The translations under genes were made by a program, and so were the position numbers. This document shows, one piece after another, positions 14,291 through 27,369 of a DNA stretch of 64,000 bases; positions within the stretch are counted from its first letter, which is position 1, and every line of letters starts with the position of its first letter. This DNA comes from Octopus vulgaris (lineage: Eukaryota): contig OX597840.1 in assembly GCA_951406725.2 (NCBI GenBank), forward strand, positions 1,426,001 through 1,490,000. Reading direction: 5' to 3'. The notes beneath the pieces are model-generated. The model was not told the origin of the DNA, made no database searches, and saw only the letters and a program-made list of their open reading frames with translations.

Positions 14291-14341
<51 letters not shown>

Positions 14342-14371
14342 GTGTGTGTGTTATATATTTATATATATGTT

Positions 14372-14480
14372 GCCTGCTCGCTTAGCCAGCGGGTTGGCGT
14401 CATTTCAAGGCAAAAACAATGCTAAGCGTATTATGACCAGTGATCTGTAGCAACAGCTGGTAGCCTGGTCGATCACGGGG
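14372..14480 (+). mobile_element. SINE tail fragment
   Basis: Matches 19905-20030. Confidence 0.7.
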
Positions 14481-14487
14481 ATATATA

Positions 14488-14525
<38 letters not shown>

Positions 14526-14803
14526 GTAAAAAGTGAAAAAACTACAGAAAGCTTAAAGGTTAAAATATATATATATTTGAGTGAATATGTCTGAAGAATA
14601 TTGAAAAAAATTTTTCTTACAATGACATAGTTTAGAAGAAAGACCGGTTTCTCATTTAGCTTTTCAAATTTCTTACGACGTTATGTTTATGTTGAATAGA
14701 GTTATCGTTATGGTTATGTTTAAAAGAGTTCTAAATAAGGGGAGGTAATGTGTGATTTCTTCCGATATATTCAACCACGTGCTTTCACAAACCAACTTTC
14801 TTA

Positions 14804-14865
<62 letters not shown>

Positions 14866-14876
14866 ATATATATATG

Positions 14877-14913
<37 letters not shown>

Positions 14914-14960
14914 TGCACACGTGTATAAGTTCGTGTATACGAACATAAATATATATATAT

Positions 14961-15152
14961 TCACCAAGATAGATCGCTAACCACTAAACCGTTTTCTATT
15001 TTCTCTCCCTGTTTATTTCTGCATTCCTCTCTGTCGAAGAGCGTAGGCTCGAAACGTAAAAGACATTCTCACTTCTCGAGCGTTAAACTAATACCTGTTG
15101 TTCACACACCTGTCTTCGTCTTTTTTTCTTTTTTTTTGGTAAATTCTCGCTA
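14961..15152 (+). mobile_element. Solo PLE pLTR-like fragment with minimal hammerhead motif
   Basis: 15027-15062 reads CTGTCGA-A-GAGC gtag GCTC-GAAA-CG-TA; inverse copy of the 1451-1646 family; TA flanks. Confidence 0.65.
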
Positions 15153-15171
15153 TATATATAAATATATATAA

Positions 15172-15390
15172 TGTTTTCATCTCTAGGCACAAGGCTCGTG
15201 TTTTTTTTATTGGGAAAGGTGGGCCAGTCGATTAGATCTTCCCCAAAACACAACTGGTACTTAATTTATCGACCCCAAAAGAATGAAAGCAACCTGAACC
15301 ACAGCAGAATTTGAACTCAGAACGTAAAGACAAATGAAATCCCGCTAAGTGTTTCGCCTGGCGGGTTAATGTTTCTGGCAGCTGGCCTCC
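15172..15390 (-). mobile_element. SINE family A variant
   Basis: 'ctggtacttaatttatcgacccc...gaatttgaactcagaacg'. Confidence 0.75.
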
Positions 15391-15704
15391 TTCGATATAT
15401 GCTTCGGCCGCGATATTCCTCAGCAGAAACGATAATTTCATGGAGGAACGCCGTTCCTTCGGTTGTGCCGTCACTAAATTCGACGAACATGGGAGAAAAT
15501 CAAAGACACACAAGGTAGAAGTACAACTATATTCGATGATGTCGGCTGACTGATTCCTGACGGTCGCATTAACCCGCTGCTAACAATGGAAGGCAGAGCA
15601 ACAAGTTTGTTTCGAAGAGAACTTTTGCGGTTACTATTGTATACTCACTCGTCTAAATAAGAAGATACATTACAGAACTGTTATTCTTACGAGTTATATC
15701 TATT

Positions 15705-15795
15705 TATCACTCGAAGAGATACATCTACGCTGTCAGATGCTGTTCAACCAGTTGATAAGTATTCTATCCGTGCCGAAACAATTGTAATGATTAAT
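15705..15795 (+). ncRNA. Degenerate hammerhead motif with long stem II insert
   Basis: TCGAAGA-gatac...gtgcc-GAAA-CAATTG-TA; palindromic stem III; tail runs into (TA)/(TATC)n. Confidence 0.45.
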
Positions 15796-15843
15796 TAAAA
15801 ATTATCGTATTTTCTGTGTTTCGACTCTCATTTACCATATTTA

Positions 15844-15944
<101 letters not shown>

Positions 15945-16034
15945 CTGTATATATATATATATATATATATGCTATTAAGTTAGACATGGCCTGGACCAAT
16001 CTTTGGTTGAAACATATCTAAGTTTTATCTAAAT

Positions 16035-16074
<40 letters not shown>

Positions 16075-16075
16075 A

Positions 16076-16380
16076 GGGGTAGCACTTTGTCGGTTACAAG
16101 GACGTGGATCCCAGCTGATACGATCAAGGGAACAGCTTCCTCGTGAAATCAACTCTCAGTCACGCGTACCTTTAACGTAGTTCTCTGTGGGATTCAGTGT
16201 GACACAGTGTGTGACAACGCTGGCCCTTTGAAACGCAGGTACCACATAATTTTGCCACCTGAATGAACTGGGACAACATGAAATAAAGTGTCTTGCTCAA
16301 GGGCACAACGCATCACCGGGAACTGAATTCACGACCTTACGATCGTTAGCCGAATTGTATTAACTCCTAAACCTCGCTCG
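16076..16380 (-). mobile_element. tRNA-derived SINE family D
   Basis: Reverse complement of 25350-25660; tail shared with 10386-10560. Confidence 0.75.
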
Positions 16381-16383
16381 TTC

Positions 16384-16485
<102 letters not shown>

Positions 16486-16575
16486 ATGTATATATATTTA
16501 TATATTCATGCATATATATGTATGTATGTATATATGGACATATATATGCATGAATATATATGTATATATATATAT

Positions 16576-16790
16576 AAAGTTAATCCAAACAAGAAAACAC
16601 AAAAAAAAACACAGCAACGCGAGGACGTGGAACAAATAAAGTATTATTGGACGCTCAGGAAAGAAGGGAAGAAGGAGGGTTTAACGTTTCGAGCGTAGCT
16701 CTTCGTCGGAAACATAGGAGAAGGAAATATCCCGAGAAGGGAAGACAGAGGAAAAAAGATCGCCAGCGGTACTCACGCGGTCATCCCTAA
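16576..16790 (-). mobile_element. pLTR-like fragment with minimal hammerhead motif
   Basis: 16679-16713 on the minus strand: GTTT-CCGACGA-A-GAGC tac GCTC-GAAA-CG-TT-AAAC with a perfect 4-bp stem I; abuts (TA)n. Confidence 0.65.
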
Positions 16791-16933
16791 GGGACGAAAG
16801 GCATAGTAGATCTGAGCGGAAGTTGAAACAAGAACGTAAATTACTGGAAGAAATACCGCTGTGGCCGAAGTTCTATTCATTCTGCCAGCTTGCCTCACAT
16901 ACATACATACGCATATGAATACACACACACACG

Positions 16934-16970
<37 letters not shown>

Positions 16971-18034
16971 GCAACTACTTAACTAAACGACCTCTTTAGT
17001 TATGTATAAGCCTAGCAAGATTTGATTTGGAAATTTCTGCCGTCCTCTCTTAATGACAGACTGCATGTTCGTCTAAAGTAGTGGATCATTAACTGGTTTA
17101 AAGTAAAAATTTAAATTTTATCATCGCTTATGTTTAACCTCATCACAATTTCATTGCTGAATCTGTTCCAAATCACAGTTCAACTATGCCTACATATATT
17201 TATATTCATAGCTCATTAACAAGATGCCTCCAAATTTACATGTCAACGTATCCACTTCTCCGCTGCTTAAGTGTGCATGATATTCATACGTATTAATGCA
17301 AACGTATGCACACACACCCATGTATGTATATACATATATGTGTATGTGTGTGTCTGAATATTACGAAACTTGTAAATAGATAAACATAGGGTGTTAGTGG
17401 ATGAAGATAGGTGTATGCTTAACTACTGTATTAAACATAGGATTAGACACATACGAATACAAAATAGCTGTTAAGAATTTTCAAAGCGACTCTTTGATCA
17501 AGCCGAACGTTATGCAGCTTCCATATTAGTTATTGACAACGTTGTAATTAATTTTATTCTCTGTAAGTTCATTTGCTGTGATATGATACTAATTGCACAT
17601 CAGATTGCAAAGAGCACCGGCGTACACATACACAAACAGTATTTTACAAGCCATATCCTTCGTATATGGTTATATCGCCTGCTAAAACTAATTCTCCAAA
17701 TTTCCATCGTGCACTTGTGTCTTGGAAGCAAAGAAGGACACGTGTGATGATGTCGCTGAAAAGAAACGACATGAGGGTCAGGGCCGGAGCGGCTATGATT
17801 ATCTGTGTTCTGGACAGATAATTCAGAGTCTCCGAGGTATTTAATGCTTCAATGATATCTCCTTGAACTTACAACATATGATTGTGAAAGAGGCAAGATA
17901 TGTTGAATAATATACAGTGGATAATATACGTATTGGATATAAAAGTTTGTATAATATACATATATGCAGTGGTTATATGTATTTAAATTCTACGAGGCTG
18001 GTTAATGAGAAAACATGGGATAAAAAAATACGGA

Positions 18035-18452
18035 AGGTGCAGGAGTGGCTGTGTGGTAAGTAGCTTGCTAACCAACCACATGGTTCCGGGTTCAGTCCCA
18101 CTGCGTGGCAACTTGGGCAAGTGTCTTCTGCTATAGCCCCGGGCCGACCAATGCCTTGTGAGTGGATTTGGTAGACGGAAACTGAAAGAAGCCTGTCGTA
18201 TATATGTATATATATATATATGTATGTGTGTTTGTTTGTGTGTCTGTGTTTTTCCCCCTAGCATTGCTTGACAACCGATGCTGGTGTGTTTATGACCCCG
18301 TTACTTAGCGGTTCGGCAAAAGAGACCGAGAGAATAAGTACTGGGCTTACAAAAAGAATAAGTCCCGGGGTCGAGTTGCTCGATTAAAGACGGTGCTGCA
18401 GCATGGCCGCAGTCAAATGACTGAAACAAGTAAAAGAGTAAAAGAGTAAAAG
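18035..18452 (+). mobile_element. Full-length tRNA-derived SINE family B
   Basis: Box A 'tggctgtgtgg', box B 'ggttcagtccc', internal microsatellite and an (AGTAAAAG)n tail; other copies at 6690, 40088 and 53770. Confidence 0.85.
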
Positions 18453-18909
18453 GAAATACGTAAAGATGGTTGACGCAAAATTTGGAACGAAAAGGAAAGA
18501 ATGAAAATTAAGACAACCAATATCTTCATCCCCTTCTGACTAGGAACCATATTTCATGAAGCTGATGAAGATTACTGTAACATACTTGCATATATACATA
18601 TATAAATCTATGTCTGTGTGTGAGTGTGTGTGCGTGTGTGTGTGTATGGGCGTGTGTGTGACTGTGTGTGTGCATGCATATATATATACTTACATGTCTA
18701 CATATGTAAATATCTGTGTGTATTTATGTGTATACGAATATGTATCTATCCATCACTCTATCGACTTTTCTACCTATCTGTCTACCTATCTATTTGTCTG
18801 CCTGGCTGTCTGTCTGTCTGACACACTTAAACACACTCAAACAGACACACAAACACACACACACACACACACACACACAACAAAACAAACACACAAACAC
18901 ACATACATA

Positions 18910-19525
18910 CAGGGTGCAGTGAAAAAATTGCCGTCTAAATTACGCGAAGACGGAAATAAAACTGACATCTCATTTTAACAGATATATTTACCAAAATTAC
19001 ATAAAAATATCTTGAAATATTAAAGAGTAAATTTATTCAATTAAATAGCCATTGACATCAATCACAGCCTCCAGACGACTTCGGAACCACTTACAACTCT
19101 TCGGGATGATATCCTTATTTACGATGGTAAATACTGCCATAATCCTTGGCTTCAGTTCATCTTTGGTGTTTCTAAGGAGTTTTGTTGCACTCTCGTTTAG
19201 TTGCGCCCCACACATAATAATTAAGAGGGCTGAGTATGGAGAGTTAGGTGGCCAGATGTTGGGGTGATGTGGTCGCAGAAATCTTCTGACAACCATGACT
19301 AGATTTGCCTGCTTTTTGGCATGGTGCAGAGTCCAGTTGCTAGACATAAGGTCTTCCAGCAGTCACCCTCTTGACCCGAGGCAGCACTAACTATTCCAGG
19401 TACTCGACATAAGCATCTGTGTAAAGTCTGAGGCCGTGTGGGAAGATGATAGGAGGCATAACGTCGCCAACACTAATGATCACTCCATAAACCACGATGT
19501 TGACTGGATGTTATATTTTTATCAC
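18910..19525 (-). pseudogene. Tc1/mariner-superfamily transposon 3' part
   Basis: Catalytic-region motifs QLDSAPC and IWPPNSPY (WP.NSPD-like); end 'ta|cagggtg' fits a TA target plus TIR; homologous piece at 30270-30512. Confidence 0.8.
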
Positions 19526-19526
19526 G

Positions 19527-19665
19527 TTTTCTACTCTAGGCACAAAGCCTGAAATTTTAGAGGAGGGGACCAGTGGATTCGATTGACCGATAGCATACAA
19601 CTGGTACTTAATTTATCAACCCCGAATAGATGAAAGGCGAAGTCGACCTTTGGTGGAATATGAAC
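19527..19665 (-). mobile_element. SINE family A fragment
   Basis: Core 'ctggtacttaatttatcaacccc..gatgaaaggcgaagtcgacc'. Confidence 0.75.
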
Positions 19666-19698
19666 TATATATACATATGTATATATATATATATATAT

Positions 19699-19730
<32 letters not shown>

Positions 19731-20030
19731 GGAGGTGCAATGGCACAGTGGTTAGGGCAGCGGACTCGCGGTTTCGATTCTCAGACCGGACGTTGTGAGT
19801 GTTTACTGAGCGAAAACTCCTAAAAGCTCCACGACGCTCCGGCAGGGTGGGGGGTGATCCCTGCTGTACTCTTTCACCAGAACTTTCTCTCACTCTTTCA
19901 AATGTTGGCCTGGTCGCTTAGCCAGCGGGGTGGCGTCATTCGAAGGCTAAAACAATGCGAACATATTGTGACCAGCGATGTGTAGCAACATCTGATGGTC
20001 AGGTCGGTCATGTGATCACATGATCACTTG
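19731..20030 (+). mobile_element. SINE family C head with an alternative tail
   Basis: Head 'ggaggtgcaatggcacagtggttagggcagcggactcgcgg'; tail ends 'gtgatcacatgatcac'. Confidence 0.85.
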
Positions 20031-20094
20031 ATATATATATATATACACACATATATATACATATATATATTTATATATACATATACATACATAG

Positions 20095-20161
<67 letters not shown>

Positions 20162-20166
<5 letters not shown>

Positions 20167-20688
20167 GGGAAAAGGATTTGAGGAAATAATTTTATTTGTA
20201 AGGTTGTGAAATGAATTGACGAACCATATCAGTAGAAATAATTTTTTACAAGTTGTAAAGCTCAAAAAATAAAATAAAAGAACCTACATATATGTTTCAG
20301 TCTTATCACCTACTTGATCAGAATTTCCAAACATTTGGTTAATGCATTTCATCAAATACTTCGAAATTCCAGTGAAGTAGGTGATAGGACTGAAACATAT
20401 ATGTAGAGTCTTTTATTTTATTTTTTGAGCTTTACAATTAGTAATAAATTTATTAGTACTGTTATGGTTTTTAAAAGAAATTTTCATCAATTTATGACGT
20501 ACGAATTAATTATCGATACATCCATAATTTCTCCAATTTCTTTTTCCCTTCATTATTGATAATATATAATTTCAATAATTCCTAACATATATCAGTGACT
20601 TTCGCTTTAAATCTATAGGGATTAACCAGTGGAATACATCGATTTACATAATCCCTAATGAGGATATATATTCTTCGAATTAACTATA

Positions 20689-20690
<2 letters not shown>
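20162..20690. mobile_element. Fold-back pLTR-like element with degenerate hammerhead motif, in (TA)n
   Basis: Imperfect palindrome centred near 20344 (arms 20162-20344 and 20345-20553); + arm reads gTGAAGT-aggt..act-GAAA-CATATATG-TA; ~135-bp tail. Confidence 0.7.
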
Positions 20691-20776
<86 letters not shown>

Positions 20777-20816
20777 TATACATACATATATATATATATA
20801 TATACATATATATATT

Positions 20817-20892
<76 letters not shown>

Positions 20893-20904
20893 AATATATA
20901 TATG

Positions 20905-20950
<46 letters not shown>

Positions 20951-21257
20951 TGTGTGTGCGTGTGTGTATATATACATATTGTTCTATTCTTATATCTGTC
21001 TCAATCATTGGACTGTGGTCATGCTGGATCACCTCCTATCATGTCTTGTCTTAGCCAGCGAATATTTACAATGAAGGATTTCTACATCTGTTGCCTGACA
21101 AATCTGATTCGGACCAAACAGAAGGGAGGCGAATCTGGGATGGTTTTAATGTTCCTCTTTTTACTCCACCTTCTCACTTCTTGTCTACATGTGTCTTCAA
21201 CGAAGGCTGTTGCTCGACTGACAGTCAGATACTTGTCTTCAGTGTCAGCAGTATAGC

Positions 21258-21510
21258 AAATGGTTTAGGGCAGCGGACTCGCTGTCGGATGATCGCGGTT
21301 TCGATTCCCAAACCGGGCGTTGTGTGTGTTTATTGAGCAAAAAATACCTAAAGCTCCACAATCTCCAGCAGTGGGTGTTGGTGACCCTTGGTGTACTCTT
21401 TCGCTCCTACTTTCTCTCACTCTTTCTTCCTGTTTCTTGAGTAACGCTGCGATGGACTGGCGTCCCGTCCATCTGGGGGGAACACCTACTCCACACAAAC
21501 CGGGAAGTCC
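21258..21510 (+). mobile_element. SINE family C head with V-domain-like body
   Basis: 'tagggcagcggactcgc...tttcgattccc', then 'ctgcgatggactggcgtcccgtcca'. Confidence 0.75.
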
Positions 21511-22580
21511 CTGACTTCCTACGCAACCGCTGAGCCTGGATGCGCATTCATCCATCCGTCGATGCTCTCGGCGTCGGGGGTTGACCTGCTTTCTCTTCTG
21601 CGGGTTTTATGAATAGCAGAGGACCACGTTTCGGACTTCTCCCACTGGTACGAAGACCCCTTCGCTCAACAGCAACAGCAAGAGCAGCATAGCAGTAACA
21701 ACAGACGACTGGTGGTGAACAATGTGTATGTATCTTTGCATAAATAAATAACATCCTTGCACAATCCGACAAGTTACCTTCCACGCCTCTAGTATCGAAA
21801 TACCCATCAAACGAATAGAAACATAGATTGAACAGGTTTCTGTGTACCTTAAGGAGTTCTGACGGCTTACACATCCACCTTTTGCATTTTTAGCATTTCC
21901 AGCTCCTGTTTTCATACCAGCAATCACTGAATCTTGACTGAACATCTAACTGAATAACGAGGAGATTACAAAATCTGGGACCAAATTATGAATTGAAAAT
22001 GAGAAGATTTTATTCAAGGATATCAATTATACGAACTTATGATTTCTGATTCCGGTATCAACTGATTCCTCTAGCGCTAGAGAAGCCTTTCATTCTCTCA
22101 ATATAGAAGACCTACAAAGCCCAGAATAACGTCTGGGTTTTGCTGGTCCTAGTAATCGGTGGATAAGAAGAAAAAAAAGCGCCATTTTGATGTGTTCAGT
22201 TATTAATGGCAGGCACTGTGGAGTAGAATTTACATACTCAGCAGAATTAGTGTTCCAAGCTTTGGCTGTAATATAGAACCAATATCGTTGGGAAACTATA
22301 AAAACGATTGGTTTTGAAGACAGAACATGTGTTTCGCTACTTCATGGCAATAATGATAGGGGTTCATAGCTGCCTATTAATATCGGTAATAGAGAAGAAA
22401 AGCTCACATACACATACACTGTCATACATACGTACATACATACATACATACATACATACATACATACATACATAAATACATACATACATACATACATACA
22501 CATACATACATACATAAATACATACGTATATATATATGTATATATATATATACATACATACATATATATATATGTATATA

Positions 22581-22668
<88 letters not shown>

Positions 22669-22718
22669 AATTATATATATATAAATTTGCTCTCACTCTC
22701 CTTCACTCTCTCTCTACA

Positions 22719-22787
<69 letters not shown>

Positions 22788-22792
22788 TATTA

Positions 22793-22842
<50 letters not shown>

Positions 22843-23164
22843 GTTAATATTATAAAGGAGAGAGAGTTTGCGAGAAAGTGACTGACTGACAGATGGTCAG
22901 AGAAAGGTACAGAGACTTAAGGAGGGACTGGAGAGAGAGGCTAAGACTGAGAGAGAGAGAGAAGATAGGTGACAGAGAGAGAGAGAGGGGCGCATATGCA
23001 TATATTTTCGTATACGTATTTAATTATGATTTAATGTGCGTATGCATATATTGCAACACGTACATATATACATATATAAATATATATATATATAGGCATG
23101 TGTGCGTGTCTATGACCAAGTATATATACATGAATGTATACAGAAGTATAAAATTAGATTAAGT

Positions 23165-23212
<48 letters not shown>

Positions 23213-23352
23213 GGGAACAAAGACACATGCATATGAATATAAACAAGTATAAATGCTAATTTGATATACATGTACATATACAGATAATCACAAACCCAAA
23301 TATATGTACTTGCTCAATATATTATATAATTACATATATTATATATATATAT

Positions 23353-23488
<136 letters not shown>

Positions 23489-23596
23489 CATACATGCATA
23501 TATCGTTTATGCATAAACGTGTAATATGTGTGTAATATGCATCGTTTAAGCGAATTTGGATGTGGCCAACACGTGTGTCAGTTCTGAACATATATG

Positions 23597-23654
<58 letters not shown>

Positions 23655-23745
23655 ATATATGTACATAACAGCAGGCCTCTTTACATACACATATATCTGC
23701 ATAGATGAGATATATGTGTGTCGTCCTGTTTGCATGTATGTATGC

Positions 23746-23785
<40 letters not shown>

Positions 23786-23988
23786 GCATATACATATGTA
23801 TTTACATATTCATACACGGTTATATAATGACTGAGTCACAGGGTAGGCGTAATCATTAATGTTATTTAATGCCTGATTACTTCAATATATATTTGATATT
23901 CTAATTTAATATTTGTGTGCATGTGATATTTTATAGTTCAATACATAGAGACTTGCGCATATATATATACCTATTTATATATATATAC

Positions 23989-24044
<56 letters not shown>

Positions 24045-24051
24045 GTATATG

Positions 24052-24091
<40 letters not shown>

Positions 24092-24143
24092 CATACACAT
24101 AGACTTGCACTTATATATATATGCATATACATGCATATATTTT

Positions 24144-24242
<99 letters not shown>

Positions 24243-24419
24243 TATGTATATAAATGCATATGTGCGTGTGTGCGTGTGTGTAATAACGCAGATGGCCATA
24301 CACACGCGTATACAGACATGGAGCTCTGGCAGAGAGTGTATATAGCTGGAAAGGTAGGCATGTATATGGGTTGGAAATTTGGTAGATTTGATGGTGGGTA
24401 ATTGGGAATAATATTAATG

Positions 24420-25052
24420 ATGCAATAATTCGAAGACTGCAACGATGGCGATGATATTGAAGAAGATTTTGATGATGTCATGGACGATGAATTTGGTAAT
24501 GATGACGATGATTATGATAATGATGATGATGGGCATGATGTTGGGGGTGCTGATGGCGATGATGACGATGATGGTGATGATGATGAAGATCACGATGATG
24601 ATGATGCTGATGGTTATGATGATGATCATGATGATGGTGACGACGATGATGACAGTGATAAAGTTGGTAACTCTGAAAATGAAGATGAGAGTGATAATGG
24701 TGGTGATGATAATGGTGATGGTGATGATGATGATGTAGATGATGATGGTGATGGCGGTGGTGGTTAAACTGCTGCTGCAGATGGTGATGTAAAACACAGT
24801 GATGCTAATGATACAGTTGATGGTCATCATGAATATTCTAGGTGTCCTTCTTGTCAATAACATTAGTAGCAATAGTAATAGCAGCAGTAGCAGTAGTAGT
24901 AGTAGCTACAGTTGTAGTGTTGCTAGAAGTAGTAGTAGTAGTAGTAGCAGCAGTAGCGGTAGTAGTATTAGTAGTAATAGCAGCAGTAGTAGCGTATGTA
25001 GTAGTACTACTACTCCTGCTGCTAGTTTTAGCAGTCTTAGTAGTAGTAGTAC

Positions 25053-25119
<67 letters not shown>

Positions 25120-25200
25120 TGCAGCAGTAGTAGCGATAGTAGTAGTGCTACAACTACTGCTGCCAGTAGTGGCAGTAGTAGTAGTAGCAGCGTTCATCGT
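24420..25200. repeat. Degenerate (GAT)n followed by (AGT)n low-complexity tract
   Basis: Directly visible. Confidence 0.9.
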
Positions 25201-25349
25201 GGTTTTGGTGGTCATTTGTGGTGGTCATTTTGGAGTGATTTTTTAAAAATTCTTGGTCGTGGCTAGAGTGGTAGTGTTCGCCCTGTGCCGATGGTATTGC
25301 ACAGTGGTCGCGCTGGTGGTCGTATTCGAGAGGGCTTAAATGAATGTGC

Positions 25350-25660
25350 GCGTATTTTAGCGGTTAAGTGTATTCGGCTCACGATCTTACCGTCGCGAGT
25401 TCGATTCCCATTGTGGAGTTGTGTCCTTGAGCAAGACTTTTTATTTCCCTTTACTCCTGTCCACTCAGCTGGTAAACATAAGCCGCTCCTATATATCAAA
25501 GGCCACCCTAGTCAGATTCTATGCGTCATGCTGAAAACTCCCTGAGGACTAGTTTATGTGTACGCGTGTCTGTGGAGTACTCATCCACCTGTACGTTAAT
25601 TTCCACAACGAGGCTGTTCATCTCTATCGAATCAGCTGAAAGGCTCGTCGTGAGTGATAC
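25350..25660 (+). mobile_element. SINE family D
   Basis: 'tagcggttaag...gagttcgattccc...gtgtccttgagcaagac'. Confidence 0.7.
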
Positions 25661-25677
25661 ATTACCATTTTTATTTC

Positions 25678-25887
25678 GAGCTGGCAGAAACGTTAGCATG
25701 CTGGGCGAAATGCTTAGCGGTATTTCGTCTGTCGTTAAGTTCTGAGTTCAAATTCCGCCGAGGTTGACTTTGCCTTCCATCCTTTCGGGGTCGATAAATA
25801 AAGTACCAGTTTAGCACTGGGGTCGATGTAATCGACTTAATCCCTTTGTCTGTCCTTGCTTGTCCCTTGTGGGCAGTAAAGAAATAT
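25678..25887 (+). mobile_element. SINE family A
   Basis: Matches 3669-3898. Confidence 0.85.
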
Positions 25888-26064
25888 ATATTTCTTATTG
25901 ACTTATGATCATGGTAGCGGTGATTTTAACAGCACCAGTGGTGGCTATTCTATTGGCGTGATCAAAGCAGGAGTGTTTGCTACGTTGTTATTCACTGTGG
26001 CCCTGCCCGGTGTTGTAATTACAGCAGCAATGGAACGTGTCGGTTATGACATCCTCCGACGCAA

Positions 26065-27355
26065 CAATCTCACGTCTTCCTCTTGTAAACGCCTCCGAAG
26101 ACGAGTATTTTTAAACAGAAATCTGAGGTTTGCCACTAAGATTGCTGCCTATCGAGACTTTGTCATTTCAGCTTTGTTGTATGGCTGCGAATGCTGGACG
26201 TTATACCTATTTCTTTACTGCCCACAAGGGGCTAAACACAGATGGGACAAACAAGAACAGACAAACGGATAAAGTCGACTATATCGACACCAGTGCGTCG
26301 CTGGTACTTATTTAATCGATCCCGAAAGGATGAAAGGCAAAGTCGATCTCGGCGGAATTTGAACTCAGAACGTACCGGCAGATGAAATACTGCTAAGCAT
26401 TTCGCCCGGCGTGTTAACGTTTCTTATTTCTTTATTGCCCACAAGGGGCTACACACAAAGGGTACAAACAAGGACAGACAAACGGATTAAGTCGATTATA
26501 TCGACCTCAGTGCGTAACTGGTACTTATTTAGTCGACCCCGCAAGGATGAAAGGCAAAGTCGATCTCGGCGGAATTTGAACTCAGAACGTAACCGCAGAC
26601 GAAATACTGCTACGCATTTCGCCCAGCGTGCTAACGTTTCTGCCTGCTCGCTGCCTTATACCACTGGACCTTATACCACTATCATGTGAGGAAGCTAAAG
26701 TCATTTCACATTCAAGGACTCCAACGAATTTTACGCATTACTTGGGAAGGAAAAGTCCCACACACAGACACACTTCAGCAAGCAGATAATCCCAGTGTTG
26801 AAGTCATTATCTAACGCCGTCTTCAAAGATGGGTCGACCACGTTTTTGGGATGTCTGATAATCGTCTCCCGAAAGTGGTCTGCTTCGGAAGGCTATCAAC
26901 CTGTGTTCTCCCGCAATGGGAACCCAAGTAGAGGTTCAGGCAATATCTTAATCTTGTGCTCATCTTTTTCATTTTTTCATTTTCATTTCATCAAGTTTCA
27001 GCTCACGAGCTGTAGCCATGCTGGGGCACCACCATTCTGCAATATTCTGCAATCTCCTGCAATATTCAACCAACACAACTTGAACACTTTGCGCGGAACC
27101 GGCAAACCTGGAGCTCCCTCTGCGACGAAGAATCTGTACACCTTGAACTAATACGTCGTGAGAAAATTGAGGAAAGGAGACGTCAGCATCATCTCAGACT
27201 CACCAAAAACATAATGAGAAACTTCCCTTGTCGCCTGTGTTCAAGGACATGCCATTCCAGGATCTCGGACTGTTTTCACATCTCTCGACTCCCAAAATGT
27301 AGGATAAGACACCTGGAGGACAACGCCTTCGTTGACATTGACGGACAGCTATAAG
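26065..27355 (+). pseudogene. RTE-clade LINE 3' part, interrupted by two SINEs
   Basis: RLRRRVF...LLYGCECWTLY, then the SINEs, then KSFHIQGLQRILRITW...RWVDHV..M..NRLPK...CRLCSRTCHSRI. Confidence 0.8.
26208..26655 (-). mobile_element. Two tandem SINE family A copies nested in the RTE
   Basis: 26208-26423 and 26424-26655; 'ttatacc' repeated on both sides. Confidence 0.85.
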
Positions 27356-27369
27356 CAAGTAAGGAAGGC

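Larger units (their letters stand above)
13118..14293 (-). mobile_element. 5'-truncated Penelope-like element with inverted pLTR, inserted in (TA)n
   Basis: 89-bp inverted repeats at 13119-13207 and 14137-14225, a GIY-YIG frame between them, a 68-bp tail at 14226-14293, and (TA)n on both sides. Confidence 0.9.

Noticed and set aside
18035-18110. tRNA-like heads as tRNA genes
   Set aside because: No complete cloverleaf, and they continue into SINE bodies.
21720-22340. Possible gypsy integrase remnant
   Set aside because: Only a vague motif resemblance.
24480-24767. Asp/Gly-rich 95-aa ORF
   Set aside because: Degenerate (GAT)n that is open in several frames; the same pattern recurs at 43200-43470.
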